Assembly (NCBI GenBank): GCA_013239625.1
Contig: MU056050.1
Location: 2,900,084-2,964,083, forward strand
Direction: 5' to 3'
DNA from: Lama guanicoe
Lineage: Eukaryota
Length of the DNA: 64,000 bases
The notes below the pieces were generated by a model, which was not told the DNA's origin, did not search any database, and was given only the letters and a program-made list of their open reading frames with translations. The translations under genes were made by a program, and so were the position numbers. This document shows, in pieces, positions 1-12,667 of the stretch (within the stretch, counting starts at the first letter, position 1; the number at the start of each line of letters is the position of its first letter).

Positions 1-235
1 AACGAGCCTTAGCAATGGCCTGTGGTGTTATTACCCAGATAGATCTAGCTGGGAGGCTGCTGCCAGGTCCTCTTTGGGTGAGAGAGTCTGCAGTGTGGGG
101 ATAAGGTAGAATTTCCCATAGTCCTGCCCAGGCACTAGATGGCTAGAGAGTTACATTGCCCGATTTCCTTTCTGTGGCGGGATAAGCCTCTTGATTTGAA
201 AGTGTGCATTTGCCTCTCATAAACAAAGCACTCTA

Positions 236-835
236 CCTTGAAGGTGTTATGCCAAGTGAATTAGACAAATACTGCATGATCTCACTTATATATCAGATCT
301 GGAAAAAACCCAAATCAAAAAAACCCAAACACACCAAACTCATAGAAAAAGAGATCAGATTTGTGGTTAACCAGAGGTGGGGGTGGGTGGAGGAATGGGA
401 CAGAAATGGTCTAGAAGAAACTTCCAGTGATAAGATAAATCAGTACTGGGGATGGAATGGCATGACAGTAGTTAACACCGCTAAATGACAGATATGAAAG
501 TTGCTAAGTTCCAGCCTCCAGACTGGAACATTTGTTGTTTAAGTCACCCAATCTGTGGTAAAACAAAAAAACAAAAAAACAAAAAAACAAGAAAAAAAGA
601 AAAAAGAAAAGAAAAGAAAAAAAAAAGTTGCTAAGAAAGCAAATTCTAAAAGTCCTCAAGGAAAATAATATTTTTCTTCTTTTTTTGGGTAACTACGTGA
701 GATGATGGATGTTCACTAAACTTACTGTGGTCATCGTTTTGCAGTATATATAAGTCAAGTCATCATGCCGTATGCCTTAAACTTACATAGTGCTGTATGT
801 CAATTGTATCTCAATAAAACTGAAGGGAAAAAACC
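236..835 (+). mobile_element. L1 3' end fragment (L1MA/MB-like), interrupted at 509-623 by a retroposed insert
   Basis: L1 3' motifs 'gacaaatactgcatgatctcacttatat', 'gaaagttgctaag' and 'gctgtatgtcaattgtatctcaataaaactg', followed by an A-rich tail. Confidence 0.8.
509..623 (+). mobile_element. TPRT-inserted MaLR (MLT1/MST) LTR fragment with A-rich tail and 12-bp TSD
   Basis: aaagttgctaag at 497-508 and 624-635. Body ttccagcctccagactggaacatttgttgtttaagtcacccaatctgtggt resembles the MLT1 3' part at 12940-12997. About 63 nt of A-rich tail. Confidence 0.8.
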
Positions 836-1934
836 AAAAAAACAAAGCACTCTAACAACCCCAACTCTGCTAGTCACAGTCAAAGCAATCGCATCCGGTG
901 GTATCTGCAGTGCAGTGCCTCTCCCGTGCTCAGACATTTACATGGCCCTTGGTCAAAACCTACAGGCCCACCTCTCTTCTAGGGGGTCATTTCCAAAGGG
1001 AAAGCAACAGGCAGACCCCACAACTTTGGAAAGATTGCTCCAAAGTGGAAAAGAAATAATGGAAGCCTTTGATTTCCTATGGCTTGCTTGAGGTTTGTTC
1101 CCCCCCCCCATCACAGGGGACTGCATGTTTCCAGACTGAATGTCAAAGAAACAAGTTTAATCAAAATCTCTTATGCTGTGTGTTTCCCTTTGGTGTCTGC
1201 ATCCTTTGGTGCAGAGAGCACAAGCCAATATGCTGCAACTGATCCCCTCAGGCCACAACAGGGTAGCAACTTCCTCATCCCCAGCCCCGCTCCCCTCCCC
1301 TCTCTCCACCCCAGTGGGGAGTAGCACTCGCTTAGCCAGGCCTGCAAATTCTGGTTGGTGAATTGTGTGATCAGGCACTGAGTGTTGCCTTCATGGTCAT
1401 CAGCAGTGAGTTTGATAAGAGGAGATTTGCCATCACCTTGTCCCTTCCTGTCCTGATTTTACAGAGTTCCACTGTGTGTGTGTGCGGACACACATGTTCC
1501 CACGGAGCAAAGGAAACATTTGTAAAGGAAATTCAGAATCCATTTTTGTCCTTGAGGGACATATAGTTTAGTTGGGGAGATGATATTTACACATTATTAA
1601 AAATATATTTCGTGTTATATTTTCTCATAAGGGATAGCCAGCCCTTTCCCTTAGGGCAATTTAAGCCAGAGCTAAACCATGCAGAGTGAAAACGAAAAGC
1701 TCCACCATCTTTGCTTTTAAGAATATTGAAGATTACAGAAGGAAAATTCATTACTTATTTTTTTAAAAGGAAATAGACCCTCTTTACCTTTCATGCCAGA
1801 AACCTGACCAAATACTAAGCATTCTTTAGGAAATACTGGATTCTCTTTCCTCACCAATAGCTTCATTTGGCTTCCTATGATCCAGCTCCAAACCCATGAG
1901 GCCCTTCTATCTTCACTTGTCCTTCGTTCAGGAT

Positions 1935-2680
1935 GGGTCTTGTGCTAGGTACTGGGGATACAGTGCCGAATGAAATTCAAAGTCTAGTAGGGTAGATGAG
2001 AGATGCCCACAAATCACTCTGACACCAGAACATTGCCATACACTTCTGCAAATAAGGCACTGAAGCAGCCCAGAGGAGGCAGAAGTCATTTCCACTTGGG
2101 CTGAGCAGGAGACAAGAAGGAAGAGAAGACGTAGTATTTGAATCCTGGAAGGTAGCTGGAGCTCAATCCCTTGATAGGTAGAGATCAGGGTGGGGCGGGA
2201 GGCATTCCGAAGAGAGGCACCCAGGTGGGTGGGATGGCCATCGAGGGAAGCCGGTTGCTGGAGCGTAAGTTTCCTCTAGGTGGGGAGTGGGAGGTAAGGC
2301 TGGAGAGCCAAGTTGGAGGCAGAGCATGGGGAAACTGGGGTACCAGGCTCTGGAGGAAAGCATGCATTCACTAGACAAAGGAGAGGTGTAGGAAGCTCTT
2401 CAGGGGGAGAATGGTATGATTCAAGCAGTGCTTTGGAGGCAGTGAATCTTGGAAGGGGCGATATGTCGGGAGGCTAAAGCTTCAGTTCGTATAAGAGATG
2501 ATGGTTACCTCTAGCTTTTATGAAGTGTATTGTGATTGCCTATCACTGGGACTAGTCTTCCTTGAGACGCAAACTCTCCCATCTTTAGACAGAGGGCACA
2601 GTGTCTCGTTTACTTCTGTATTCTCAGTGTCTGGCACAGAGCAGATTCTCAATGCATATGCTTGTTGAATGGGTGAAACA
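1935..2680. mobile_element. Degraded L2 fragments (minus copy ~1935-2460; plus 3' end ~2540-2680)
   Basis: 'tgtgctaggtactggggatacagtg' and 'gtgtctggcacagagcagattctcaatgcatatgcttgttgaatg' resemble L2 3' termini. Confidence 0.55.
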
Positions 2681-5174
2681 GGACCTGCCAGTGGAAGTGG
2701 AAAGGGAGGGGTGGATATGAGAGTCAGCGTGGTGAGAGGACAGAGCCATCCTCATGGTGGGGAAGCCAGGCTTAGATGACACGATGGTGTTGTGCAGTGC
2801 TCCTAATCTTCCCTACCAGGTTGTCAAAGCTTGTTCTGCCAGCAGCCTCTTCCTTCCGTTCACTCCCTGTCTCTATGGTAGTTCCTTCTCCCCAGCAGGA
2901 TCCACGACAGTTCTATCTGCCCATTCTTGATCCCTATCAAGGGCATAAAATAAAGCACAATGGGAGGTGACTGAGCAAAGGTGTCGAGTCTGACTGGAGA
3001 CCCGAAGGAACTGTTGCCAATTCCTTGTTCTTCTTGCTTAATTGAAATCCTCCGCCTGCCTGGAGGCAGGGGGCTGGACTGCATGGTGTTTTACTTCGCT
3101 CCTACTCTGGAAAGCACTGGAAATATTTTGATGTGTTCAGACTGACTATTCATTGACATAAGCAGTTCTACATGGGACTCACATCCTCTGCCTAGGCAAA
3201 TATCTCACCCAGAGACCTGGCTTGTTTACCTTGCCCCACCCCCACCCCCAGCTAATCTTATTAGAGAGGACGGAGAACCTCTCCTTAGCCATCTTACACA
3301 AGACAGCCTTTATAAAACAGCCTAGAAAGGCACTCAGAGCTATCATGAGGGCTTTTCCAAGTTGTCAGCGAATGGAATGGCGTTTTTTGAGGGTGGGGGC
3401 AGGGGTGGGGAATGTGCGAACAAAGTCCTGAGGCAGAGAGAATACAGAAAAGCAGGGATCGAGAGATCATGTAAATGCACAGGCCCCTTCCAGCGGAGGG
3501 CTTCCACAAAGGTCAAGGGCCTGAGGAACTGTCAGCTCAGCCTGCACCGGCAGCAGTGACAACACTGACACTTTGGCCTCAGTCTGGGACCTTTTCAGTT
3601 GAGTGTAGGAGAAGCCTTTGCCAGGGAAATGCTTGGGAAACAAGCAAGGGCACCCTGGCTCTTCTTGCAGCCTGCGGGGCAAAGAAGGCTGGCCTGCTGT
3701 GTGGGTTGCCGGCCCCTCCCTCGGACCTCAACCGGGGCAGGGTCATGGCAATTAGGAGCCCGCCAGCTCCTCGGGCCAGAACTCCTGCCTCGGTCCGCCA
3801 GTATTCCTGCCTTGACAGTCACCTCCTGGTCAGCCATTTCTCCGTGGTCAGCTTTCCCCCTGACACTCAGGACACTTAGGGGCAGTCAAGCATCAAGTAT
3901 TAATACTTGGGGAGTGCAATTTTGATTGTGGTCCAAGTCAAACGGAATTATGAAAATCAATGAACTATTTAAACAACATCACACTACACAAGACAAGCCC
4001 ACATACCACCACTGAACAAGATGCATTTTAAAATCTCATCTGGATTGTGCACACTGTTCAGGGTCACCTGTGTCATTTCTCCTCTCCGTCGCTGGGGATG
4101 ATCACAAGTTGAATGGATTACTGGCTTAGCTACCTCTACGCAGCTGCCTCCATCCTGCCAAGTTTGGCTTTTGTTTCTCTTTTTCCATTGCTCATCTCAG
4201 AACAGAAATTTGATGTCCACCTTAGCAAATGATTTGTCCTCTCGGGCAACAGAAAGCAGCCTCCCTGTCACCTCAGAGCAATGCTTGAATTCCTCTAGGA
4301 GGGCCTGGTAACAGTGGCCCAGCCACCTTCTCCTGAGCCCAGCACGGCTCTCACCCTGCCTGAAAGAAAAGGTCCCAGTCTGTGTTCCCCAGCTTCAGAA
4401 GAACAAGGGAAAACTGGACAGAGTGCTCAGAAGTGGCTAACGTGTCAGAAAATATGAGTGAAAGAAGTCAGAGCTGGTACAGAGAAGACTGTGGCGAGAA
4501 TGAGTTCTGTTTTGAAGGTGGGGGAACTGCTCATTCCTCTGTGACCAGGCCAGAAGGGACAGAGGCAGTGTCCCGCTGGGGACAGAATGCACGGATTCAG
4601 GAGGAAGAGGAACCTTCTCTTCCCCATACACGCTAATTAGCCAGGAGGGCTTCAGCAGAATTCCGGCGGCAGCTGAGAAGGCGGGAGAAGGAAGAAACGG
4701 ATTCTCGGCCTCCCTTTCTGTTCCCTGGCTCTGCCATACCCTTCCTGTCCTGTGCTGCAGGGAAATCTCCCAGCTCCCTGGACTTCCCATGGTCGCTGTT
4801 ACAGCGCCCCCACTCTTGCAATTCCTCTTCCTTTTCCTGGAAGGCAATTGGATAGCAGTGGAAAGAGGGCTAGAAGCTCAAAGACCCAGCCAACTAGCAA
4901 TGCGAATGGGCAAGTTACTTGCCTACTCTGGGCCTCACTTTCCTCATTTGTAAGATAACCTCTAATGTCTCTTTGTGGACATCAGATTTCATATGAATGC
5001 CTATGCTTCCCTTCTCTTGATGCCTCCAGACTGGTTACCCAACAACAATGGTGTAAGTTGCTACCTTTTCACTTGCTGCCAGCCAAGTCCTGGTAACAGG
5101 CTGAGGCTCCACTCACTGTAAGTATCCTGCTAGCCACGTGGTGCCTGTATCACTGTGTGCTGTGGAAGCCGGGC

Positions 5175-7295
5175 TCAAACTCTATCTGACAACATTCTCT
5201 TCTCTATCTGGCATTGTCAGTTTTGTCCTCTGTTTCGGATCATTTTCATCAGCGTACAAAGATACTGTTGTTACTTCTCTCATTTTAAAAACATCCTTCT
5301 GTTGACTCTGTTCCCCCTTTGCTCCTCGTTACAGCAAGGTGCTTCAGAAGAGTTCTTTACTCCCTGTCTCCAAACTCTCTCCTCCCAGTCACCCTCTTTT
5401 TACTATCATTATTACTATTATTATTCAAACATAATTAACCTACGATAAAAGTCACCATTTAAAAGCACACAAGACACAATTCAGTGGCTTTCAGTACATT
5501 CAAAATGAGTGCCACTATCAGCACCATTTCCAGAACATTTCCATCACTCCCCAAATGGGCCCCATATTCATCAGCAGTCACTTCCCATTCACTCCTCGCC
5601 CTAGTTCTTGGCAACCTCTAATCTGCTTCGTCTCTATGGATTTGCCCTTTCTGGACATTTTATATAAATATATATAACATTTGTCCTTTTGTGTCTGGCT
5701 TCTTTCAGTTAGCACAATGTTTCTGAGGTTCACCCAGGCTGTGGCATGTAACAGAACTTCATTCCTTTTTATGGCTGAATAACATTACAGGGTATGGCTA
5801 TACCGCATTCTGTTTGGCCATTCATGACTTGATGGACACGGTTCTTTACACTTCTTAGCTATTATGAATCGTGCTTCTATGAACACGTGTGTGTCCATTC
5901 TCTCTTAAACCTGCTCTGCTAAAGCTCTGTCCCCAAGTGTGCCACAGCACCTGCTCTTGTCAAGGTAAACAGTGCTAGATGGAATGGTCACTTCTCAGTC
6001 CTTAGCTCACTTGACTTATCAGGAGTATTTGACACTGCCGATCACGCCTTCCTCCTTGAATCACCTGTCTGACTTTGCTTCCAAGATATCCCACTCTTCT
6101 GGTTTTCTTCCTGCTTCACTGGAATTTCTTTCTCAGTTTCTTCTGCAGGTTCCTCTCCATATCCTCAACTCTAAACGTTGGAGTGCTCCAGGTTCTGTCA
6201 TCAGATTGCCTTTCTTCCTTGTCTACATTCACTTTTTCATGAAGATCTCATGGCTTTAAGTTTAATCAAAACACTGGTGGATGCCAACTTTGGATCTCCA
6301 AATTTCAAATCCCCAACCTCTCCCCTCGATTCTAAACTCATATATCCAATTGTCTACTGGATATTTTACCTTGGATGTCCACACTGATCACATCCAACAC
6401 CGAGCTCCCACCCAGTATAATGTACTCCTTGCACAGTCTTCCCCAACCTGATAAATGGAAAGCCCAACACCCATTGCTCAGGCCAAAAACTCAGAACTTA
6501 GAATTTCTGACTCTTTTTTTTCTCACACCCCACATCCCATCTGTCAGGTAGTCCTGACAGACCTATTGTCAAAATATGTTTCGGATACGACCACTTCTTA
6601 CTGCCCTCACTCCCTGGTCCAAGTAGCATTTTGCCTGGATTATCGCAATAGCCTCTCCCCCACATCAGGTTCCTCTGCTTCCACCAGTCTGTTTTCAAGA
6701 AGGAGAGATTCTTTTAACGTGTAAGTCAGATTCTGCCACTCCTTTACTCAAAGTTCTTCAGTGCCTCCACTTTTTACTCAGAGTAAGAGTCCTTACGGAG
6801 GACTGCAAGGCCCACATGAAGCAGCCCTGGCCACTTGACTGATTGATTTCTTCTCCCCACCACTCTTGCTTGCTCCACTCTAGTCACAGTGGCTGCCTTA
6901 CTAGTCCTTGAGCACATCAGGTTTGTTCCTGCTGCAGGGCCTTTGCGCTTGCTGTTCATGCTGCTTGGAATGTTTTCCCCCTGTATCCCCCAGATACCCA
7001 TATGGTTCACTCCCTCACCTCCTATAGGCATTTACTCAAAACTCACCTTCTTAGTGAGGCATTTCCTGATTCGTCAGCCTGAAATAAAACTCCCTTCTGC
7101 TCCACAACCTTCATCCCCTCACCCTGCTTTCTCTTCTCCACAGAACTTATCACCATGGGAAGTTCTCCTCCAGGACAGTAAGTGCTACAAAGGTAGGGAT
7201 TTATATCTGTCTTGTTCGTGGCTGTATCCCCAGCACCAGAACACTGCCTGGCATACAGTAGGTGCTTAGCAAACATTTGTTAAATAAATAAATCA
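5175..7295 (+). mobile_element. L2 (L2a-like) long 3' fragment, interrupted by L1
   Basis: Pyrimidine-rich L2 body ending in 'ctgtatccccagcaccagaacactgcctggcatacagtaggtgcttagcaaacatttgttaaataaataaat'. Confidence 0.75.
5405..5890 (-). mobile_element. L1MB-like 3' fragment nested in L2
   Basis: 'ctatggatttgccctttctggacattttatataaat' and 'ttcattcctttttatggctgaataa' are antisense L1M 3' motifs. Confidence 0.75.
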
Positions 7296-7316
7296 ATTCG
7301 TATTTGGTTGAACTGG

Positions 7317-7422
7317 TTACTTTGTGTTTTTTTTTTCTTCTGTAGCTTCATTGAGGTATAATTGACAAATAAAATGGCATATATTTGAAGTGTACAATGT
7401 GATGATTTGGTAAAGAAATAAA
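7317..7422 (-). mobile_element. Short L1 3' stub with TSD core tggttgaactgg (7305-7316 / 7423-7434)
   Basis: T-tract plus 'gcttcattgaggtataattgacaaataaaa...gtgtacaatgtgatgattt', flanked by a 12-bp direct repeat. Confidence 0.65.
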
Positions 7423-7591
7423 TGGTTGAACTGGCTGTTTTGAAATGAGTTCATAATTCAGCCAGTTCTTATTGCTTGACTGAATTCAACCATCAGCTTT
7501 CAAAATAGCTGTTTGTCTAATTTCAGCTGCAGTGTGAGCTTGCATGAATTTTTACAAAAAGATATTCTCATGAGAACTTTTATCTTTCCTA

Positions 7592-7815
7592 AGGGTAGTG
7601 TATTTCAAAATGCGGGCTCTTGAGTTAGACTTTTGGAGTTTGAATCTTAGACGTCTGTGTGCATCAGGACAAGTTAACCATTCTGTGCCTCAGTTTCCTC
7701 ATCCATAAAATAGGCATACTAGGAGCACCAAATCTCATGTTGTTATTTTGGGGAGCAAACAAAACGATTTCTGTAAATCACCTAGCCCAGTACCTGGGCA
7801 TAATAAAGCGTCAGT
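7592..7815 (+). mobile_element. MIR SINE
   Basis: MIR core 'aagttaaccattctgtgcctcagtttcctcatccataaaatagg'. Confidence 0.75.
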
Positions 7816-9016
7816 GAACACTAGCTTTTCTTACTCTCATTAAGATGTAAGCGAAATTTTTCAAAACATAGAGGAAGACCAGCAACAGAAACAACTGAAC
7901 ACATTTTTCTAAGTGAAACGAAAATAGCTGTCCAGCTCTTTTGTATAAGTGGCATTTCTTTGGGAAATGATCCAAAACTTGAAGGCCGATTGCTTTGTCC
8001 CTTTCCTCAGGAGGCTTCTGCGGGACTGCACATACCCTCTTCATATTCCCTGCATCCTCACGGAAGAGTTGCACTTGGAACTCCTTGTATTTAATATCTT
8101 CGCGTCTCTCGTTTCTCAACTTTAATGCCATCTAGGGCTCTGGGTTCAGTTCCATGGGGTTTACTTCACTCGGTAAACTGGTTAATTCAGGTACATTTTT
8201 AACTCAGCAATTCCCTTTGTGGGGAAGATGCCTGCCGAGTGCTCGCCAACTAGCTTTCTAAATGGGTGGACTTGCAAACAACGTTGTCCGGCCTTAAAGG
8301 GCAAGGATAGTGGTCAGGACAACTGCCAGTGGCTTGCCATCAGACACACCTTGTGTTAATTCCCAGTTAAACACAGTTCTCACAGATCCGGTCTATGAAT
8401 GCCAAAATGTGCCGGATTCTTTGCCTTGTGCAGGGACACCGGGGGAGCCCAAGACCGGACTGGAGCTTTTGGCTTCACATTTCCCCAGAGCAGCCAATGG
8501 AGAGCAGCCTCTCCTGTTCAGCATTTACCCCACATCGATTCCCACTTGCTTTCCGTGCTCCACTTGTTCTTACCTCTCACAGCAACTACACTGAGTTGGG
8601 CTGGGCTGGGCCGGGCCCACGTATATTCATTCATTAAACCCCATGGAGATCAATAAATGCTAGTTAAACTACACTGCTTCTTTGCTGCTTTTGAACTATT
8701 CTTTAGTTTTGTTATTCAAATGAAATTTTACCTTGTTTTCCCAGCCATGCTGTAATTTTCTCGAGTACATGGACTTCTGCCTCACTCCTCTCTTTCACAG
8801 CACCATCCTGGATTCTTCATTCAGCCTATGTTTTTATTATGCTCTGCAGAACTGCTCTGGAGAATGGGTCTGAACCCTAGGAGCTGGTTAAAATTTTTCT
8901 CCTCAATTTTTAATTTTTGTATTGGGATTGTTAGGAGGAAATAGCGTATGACACCCAGCAGTTACTAAGTCATTCTCCCACGGTAATACAATTTCAAATG
9001 AAAACCTAACAAAGCC

Positions 9017-9137
9017 AATAACTTTTAATGAAAAAAATATGAAAACAAATATATGTATGCATATGCATGACTGGGATATTGTGCTGCACACCAGAAATTG
9101 ACACACTGTAGCTGACAGTATTCAATTAAAAAAAAAG
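9017..9137 (+). mobile_element. Young 5'-truncated L1 3' end (artiodactyl/camelid type) with perfect 15-bp TSD
   Basis: aaacctaacaaagcc at 9002-9016 and 9138-9152. Body resembles the L1 terminus at 45905-46020 ('tgctgcacaccagaaa'); poly(A) tail present. Confidence 0.85.
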
Positions 9138-9175
9138 AAACCTAACAAAGCCTATGCTGAGAATTAGAAACTTAC

Positions 9176-9686
9176 TCATAAACGGTTGTCCATCCATTTT
9201 CATTACTTTTGGTAGCCAGAAGCCCTGTGTTTCCTGGGTAGGTCATCAGGGCCAGATTGTAGCCTTGGGCTGACACTCTCTTCAGGACCCCATTGCTGCT
9301 TATGGTCAGCCAGTACACCTGCCCACCAGGCACCACAAGCCAGAGGGGCATCCCGCCTGCATCACGGCGAATGTGCACAGAATTGCCATTGCTGCTGGTA
9401 ATTGCACCCAAGTCACCTTCGGCATTATAGGTGAAATTATACACATAGTCCCTTGTTATCAAGTTCAAGGTGTGTAGGTGGGTTCCATTGACGGTGAACT
9501 GGTAGAGTTCCTGATCAGCAGGTGAGGCAATCTCATAAAGGTTCATGTCATTCAGGTGGGCTTGGTTCCTGCTAATGGTACGAATTCGAACATTCCCAAG
9601 GTCTGCCACGTAGAGGGTGCCATCAGGTGACACTGCTAAGGAGGAAGGGGCTTTCATCTTTGCATCTTTGGCATAGCCACCATCAC
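9176..9686 (-). CDS. TENM1: Teneurin-1 coding exon (511 nt, phase 1 to 2): (G)[35 protein letters not shown]...[13 protein letters not shown](E); last NHL blade and start of YD/RHS shell
   Basis: Acceptor tctttctcccacag|GTGATG; donor TATGA|gtaagt. ORF 9172..9657 is teneurin sequence. I did not find the next exon in 1-9175, so it probably lies outside the window. Confidence 0.97.
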
Positions 9687-11121
9687 CTGTGGGAGAAAGA
9701 CCCTGATTTTAATAGCTGTCACCACAAGCATTTATATAAACATACCATACACGGAAATTGCTGTGCATCAACAATCATTGTACAGGGAACAATTAGTGAA
9801 CCAACATTCTCCGCATGCCCTAGTTGGAAATTTGAAATCCATTATTCACAATTCTTTGTTCAGAACTGCTGAAGACGAACCGTAAGACACAATTATCTCA
9901 GTTAACACCAATTCTGTGAAATCCTCAATCCTGCTGTTCCATATCTATTGTATTGCAAGATATAAAACCAGCAAATAACGACAGCCACCCAAAATCTGGC
10001 TGGAAATCCATGAGACTTATGTCTGTCCATGCTTATAGGATCTATCTCAGGGCTTTCCAATCCTACTGTGCCAAGAGGACCTCTCTTCTGTTAGTTCCCA
10101 TTGTCACATTGTCAAAGTACACTAAGTCTATAAGTGTGTGACAATGATTCAGAATATCAAATTTGATAACTGGAATAAACATTCCAGTTTTGCCTTGAAT
10201 GAAAGATATCAATTAGCAAAAGAGCTATAAAACTAATTGTCCATGAAAACACTGGAAATATCGACCAAAAGTTGCATTGACCAAGTTGCTCACTCTGGAT
10301 TCCACTGTCACAAGGAAAGGCAAAGATTAAGAGAATCATTCGGGGCCGGATGAGCAGTTTAATAAAGCTGCATGTAGCATGGAGGGATTTCCACGTCCCA
10401 GCAATAAATGTATCTATTGACATTTACAGGACTGTTTACTATCTGGAATATCTGCTCCATGTTTTGGAGAAAAGGCTCTCCCCATCCTCCATTTCAATTG
10501 GAAGTAAAGGGCAGTCTTGGTTACAGAGAAAGTTTTGGATTTTAAAAAACACAATGTAAGTAGTAGAATGATGTCCTGAGACCCCTGCACTGTGGGATTT
10601 AATTTTGTTCATGTATCCCCCAAACAGTCTGCTTTTAGTCCCTTTGGGTTTCAAATAGCGCACACTGTTGATCTGGGAACCAGTCACTTAAGGGAAGCAG
10701 TTTTTTTCCTTAGTTAAATCAGTAAATGTAGGTTTTACTTAGCTTCACTTTCTCCAAAGAATAAATAATATCATGATGTTACATTTGTATAGTGGTCTTA
10801 ATTTCTTAGAGTATCAAAAGTTTTATCATACCAGTTTATCCTCAAAACAGTAAGGTGATATAACTGAGACAAGTGATAGCTCTACTTAGCAGATGAAGTG
10901 AGTCATGAAGGGGTTTTGTGGCTTTCCCAGGGTCACTGAGTGAGCCTGTTGCAGAGCAAGGACCAGATAATAGAATGTCTGACCCCCAACCCATTGGTTT
11001 CTCCACTGCCTCATATCAATGTTCACAAGGAGCACTTTTGTTCTTCTTTTGACTTTTCTCATGCACATTTTTCTTTTGAAAACAGAGAGGGGGAGCTGGT
11101 GAATTGCTAAAAAGGTCATAC

Positions 11122-11488
11122 CTGAAAAACAGTCACAGTTGGGATCAATTTTGCAGTCACAGTCAGTGGGGGCACCAGCCATGACGGAGATCTCCCCATT
11201 GGTGGTAACTTGCTGAATGCGGTTTACTTTTCTCTCATCTGTTTCAGCTATGAAGAGCAGCCCGCTGTGGGAGACACTGATGGCCCTAGCCGACTCCAGA
11301 GTGGAGTGAATTGCCACCTTGCTGACCAAGAAATGATCGATGCCTGGCACCTGGCAGTGAATGGGGCGCCCTGCAATGATCCGCACACGCCTGTTCTCAG
11401 AAATTTGCAGCACAATGTTGTTATCTAAGACATACAATGAATTGTCCATGGGATTGACTGCAAGGTCTGTTGGCCACTCTAATCGCAC
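11122..11488 (-). CDS. TENM1: Teneurin-1 coding exon (367 nt, phase 0 to 1): [24 protein letters not shown]...[19 protein letters not shown](G)
   Basis: Acceptor tgttctttttgcag|GTGCGA; donor TTTTCAG|gtatga. Hallmark teneurin motifs [17 protein letters not shown] and CDCK...CDC. Confidence 0.97.
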
Positions 11489-11721
11489 CTGCAAAAAGAA
11501 CAGAACACACACCATTAGGTTACAATATCTTTCCAGGGGAAGTTTTACCTTGAAAGAAACATTGGCTTATTTGTTCCCCGACCGTCTCGTGAATTTCAGC
11601 AACGTTGGTGTTGCCTGGCAAAGTTGGGAGGGATAGTTGATTAAATGTTCCGGCAAACAGTTTTACCATTTATGCCATTTCCAACAAAATGTGAATTTTT
11701 TCCCCCTATAATTCCAGAAGG

Positions 11722-11910
11722 CTCCTTTTCAGAGTGTGGTCTCTGGATCAACTACAACAGCATTACCTGGGAACTGGTTAGAAATACACATTCTCGGGCC
11801 CTAACCTAGACCTAGTGAATCAGAAAGTCTGGGGTAGGAGCCTAGCCATCCGTGTTTTAACAAGCCCTCTATGTGATTCTGAAGCCCCATAAAGTTTGAG
11901 GACCACTACT
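11722..11910. mobile_element. MER5A (hAT-Charlie MITE)
   Basis: 'agcattacctgggaactggttagaaat...gaatcagaaagtctgggg...ttttaacaagccctc...aagtttgaggaccact'. Confidence 0.8.
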
Positions 11911-12667
11911 CCAGGGCTTCTGTGTCACTGTGAGGTGCAAACCTCTCTTGCTGCCCTGTCGATGCACGTAAGAGCAACGTCACAGATGCGTCTGGACAAC
12001 AGAGTGCTAGAGAAACCCCATTTTGTTCTATCAGCACCCTTTTGGGACAGGACCTTCTATCAGCACAGACCTAGGCTCCATCTTGTGGAATACTCAGTAC
12101 AGGTCATCAGCTGGTGATTTGGAGTCCTAAGTTGTAATGCACTGTTCATCTGGCTTGACTTGGTTCACTTCACATCCTCCTTTCCTCAGCAAAGAAACAG
12201 GTTGGTTTGTTCCTTCATAGAATGTGTGCTGAGTACTGTCTCTGTGCTAAGCTTTGTGCTAGGCTTTGGGGATTCAAAAGATCACCATGACATAGCCTCT
12301 GCCCTCAGACAGCTATCGGTCTAGAAGAGCCCGTGGACAGCCATTAGGCAATTACTCTCCATGTCATGAGAAGGAGGCAGCAAAGAGCATATGAGAGCAC
12401 TTTACCCAGATGAGGAGGCAGAAGGCTGGATATTTCCAGACATGATGCCTATACAGGGTCTGCAGTGACCAGTAGGAGAGGAATGGCATGGAAATGGCAG
12501 GGAGCAGAGTTGAGGACAATCCAGGTAGAGGGAACAGCATGAATGAAGGTTCAGATACTATAGCCAGCATGGCCAATCCAGTTACTACAAACAATTCAGT
12601 AAGGCTGCTATAGGCTGAGTGATGGGAGAGGCAGTTGGTCAGAATCAGGAGGAAGACAGTGGCTAGA

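Noticed and set aside
3475..4847. Longer GC-rich ORFs (134 aa, 136 aa, 108 aa)
   Set aside because: No recognisable domain or teneurin similarity; overlapping in several frames, as expected for stop-poor GC-rich intron.
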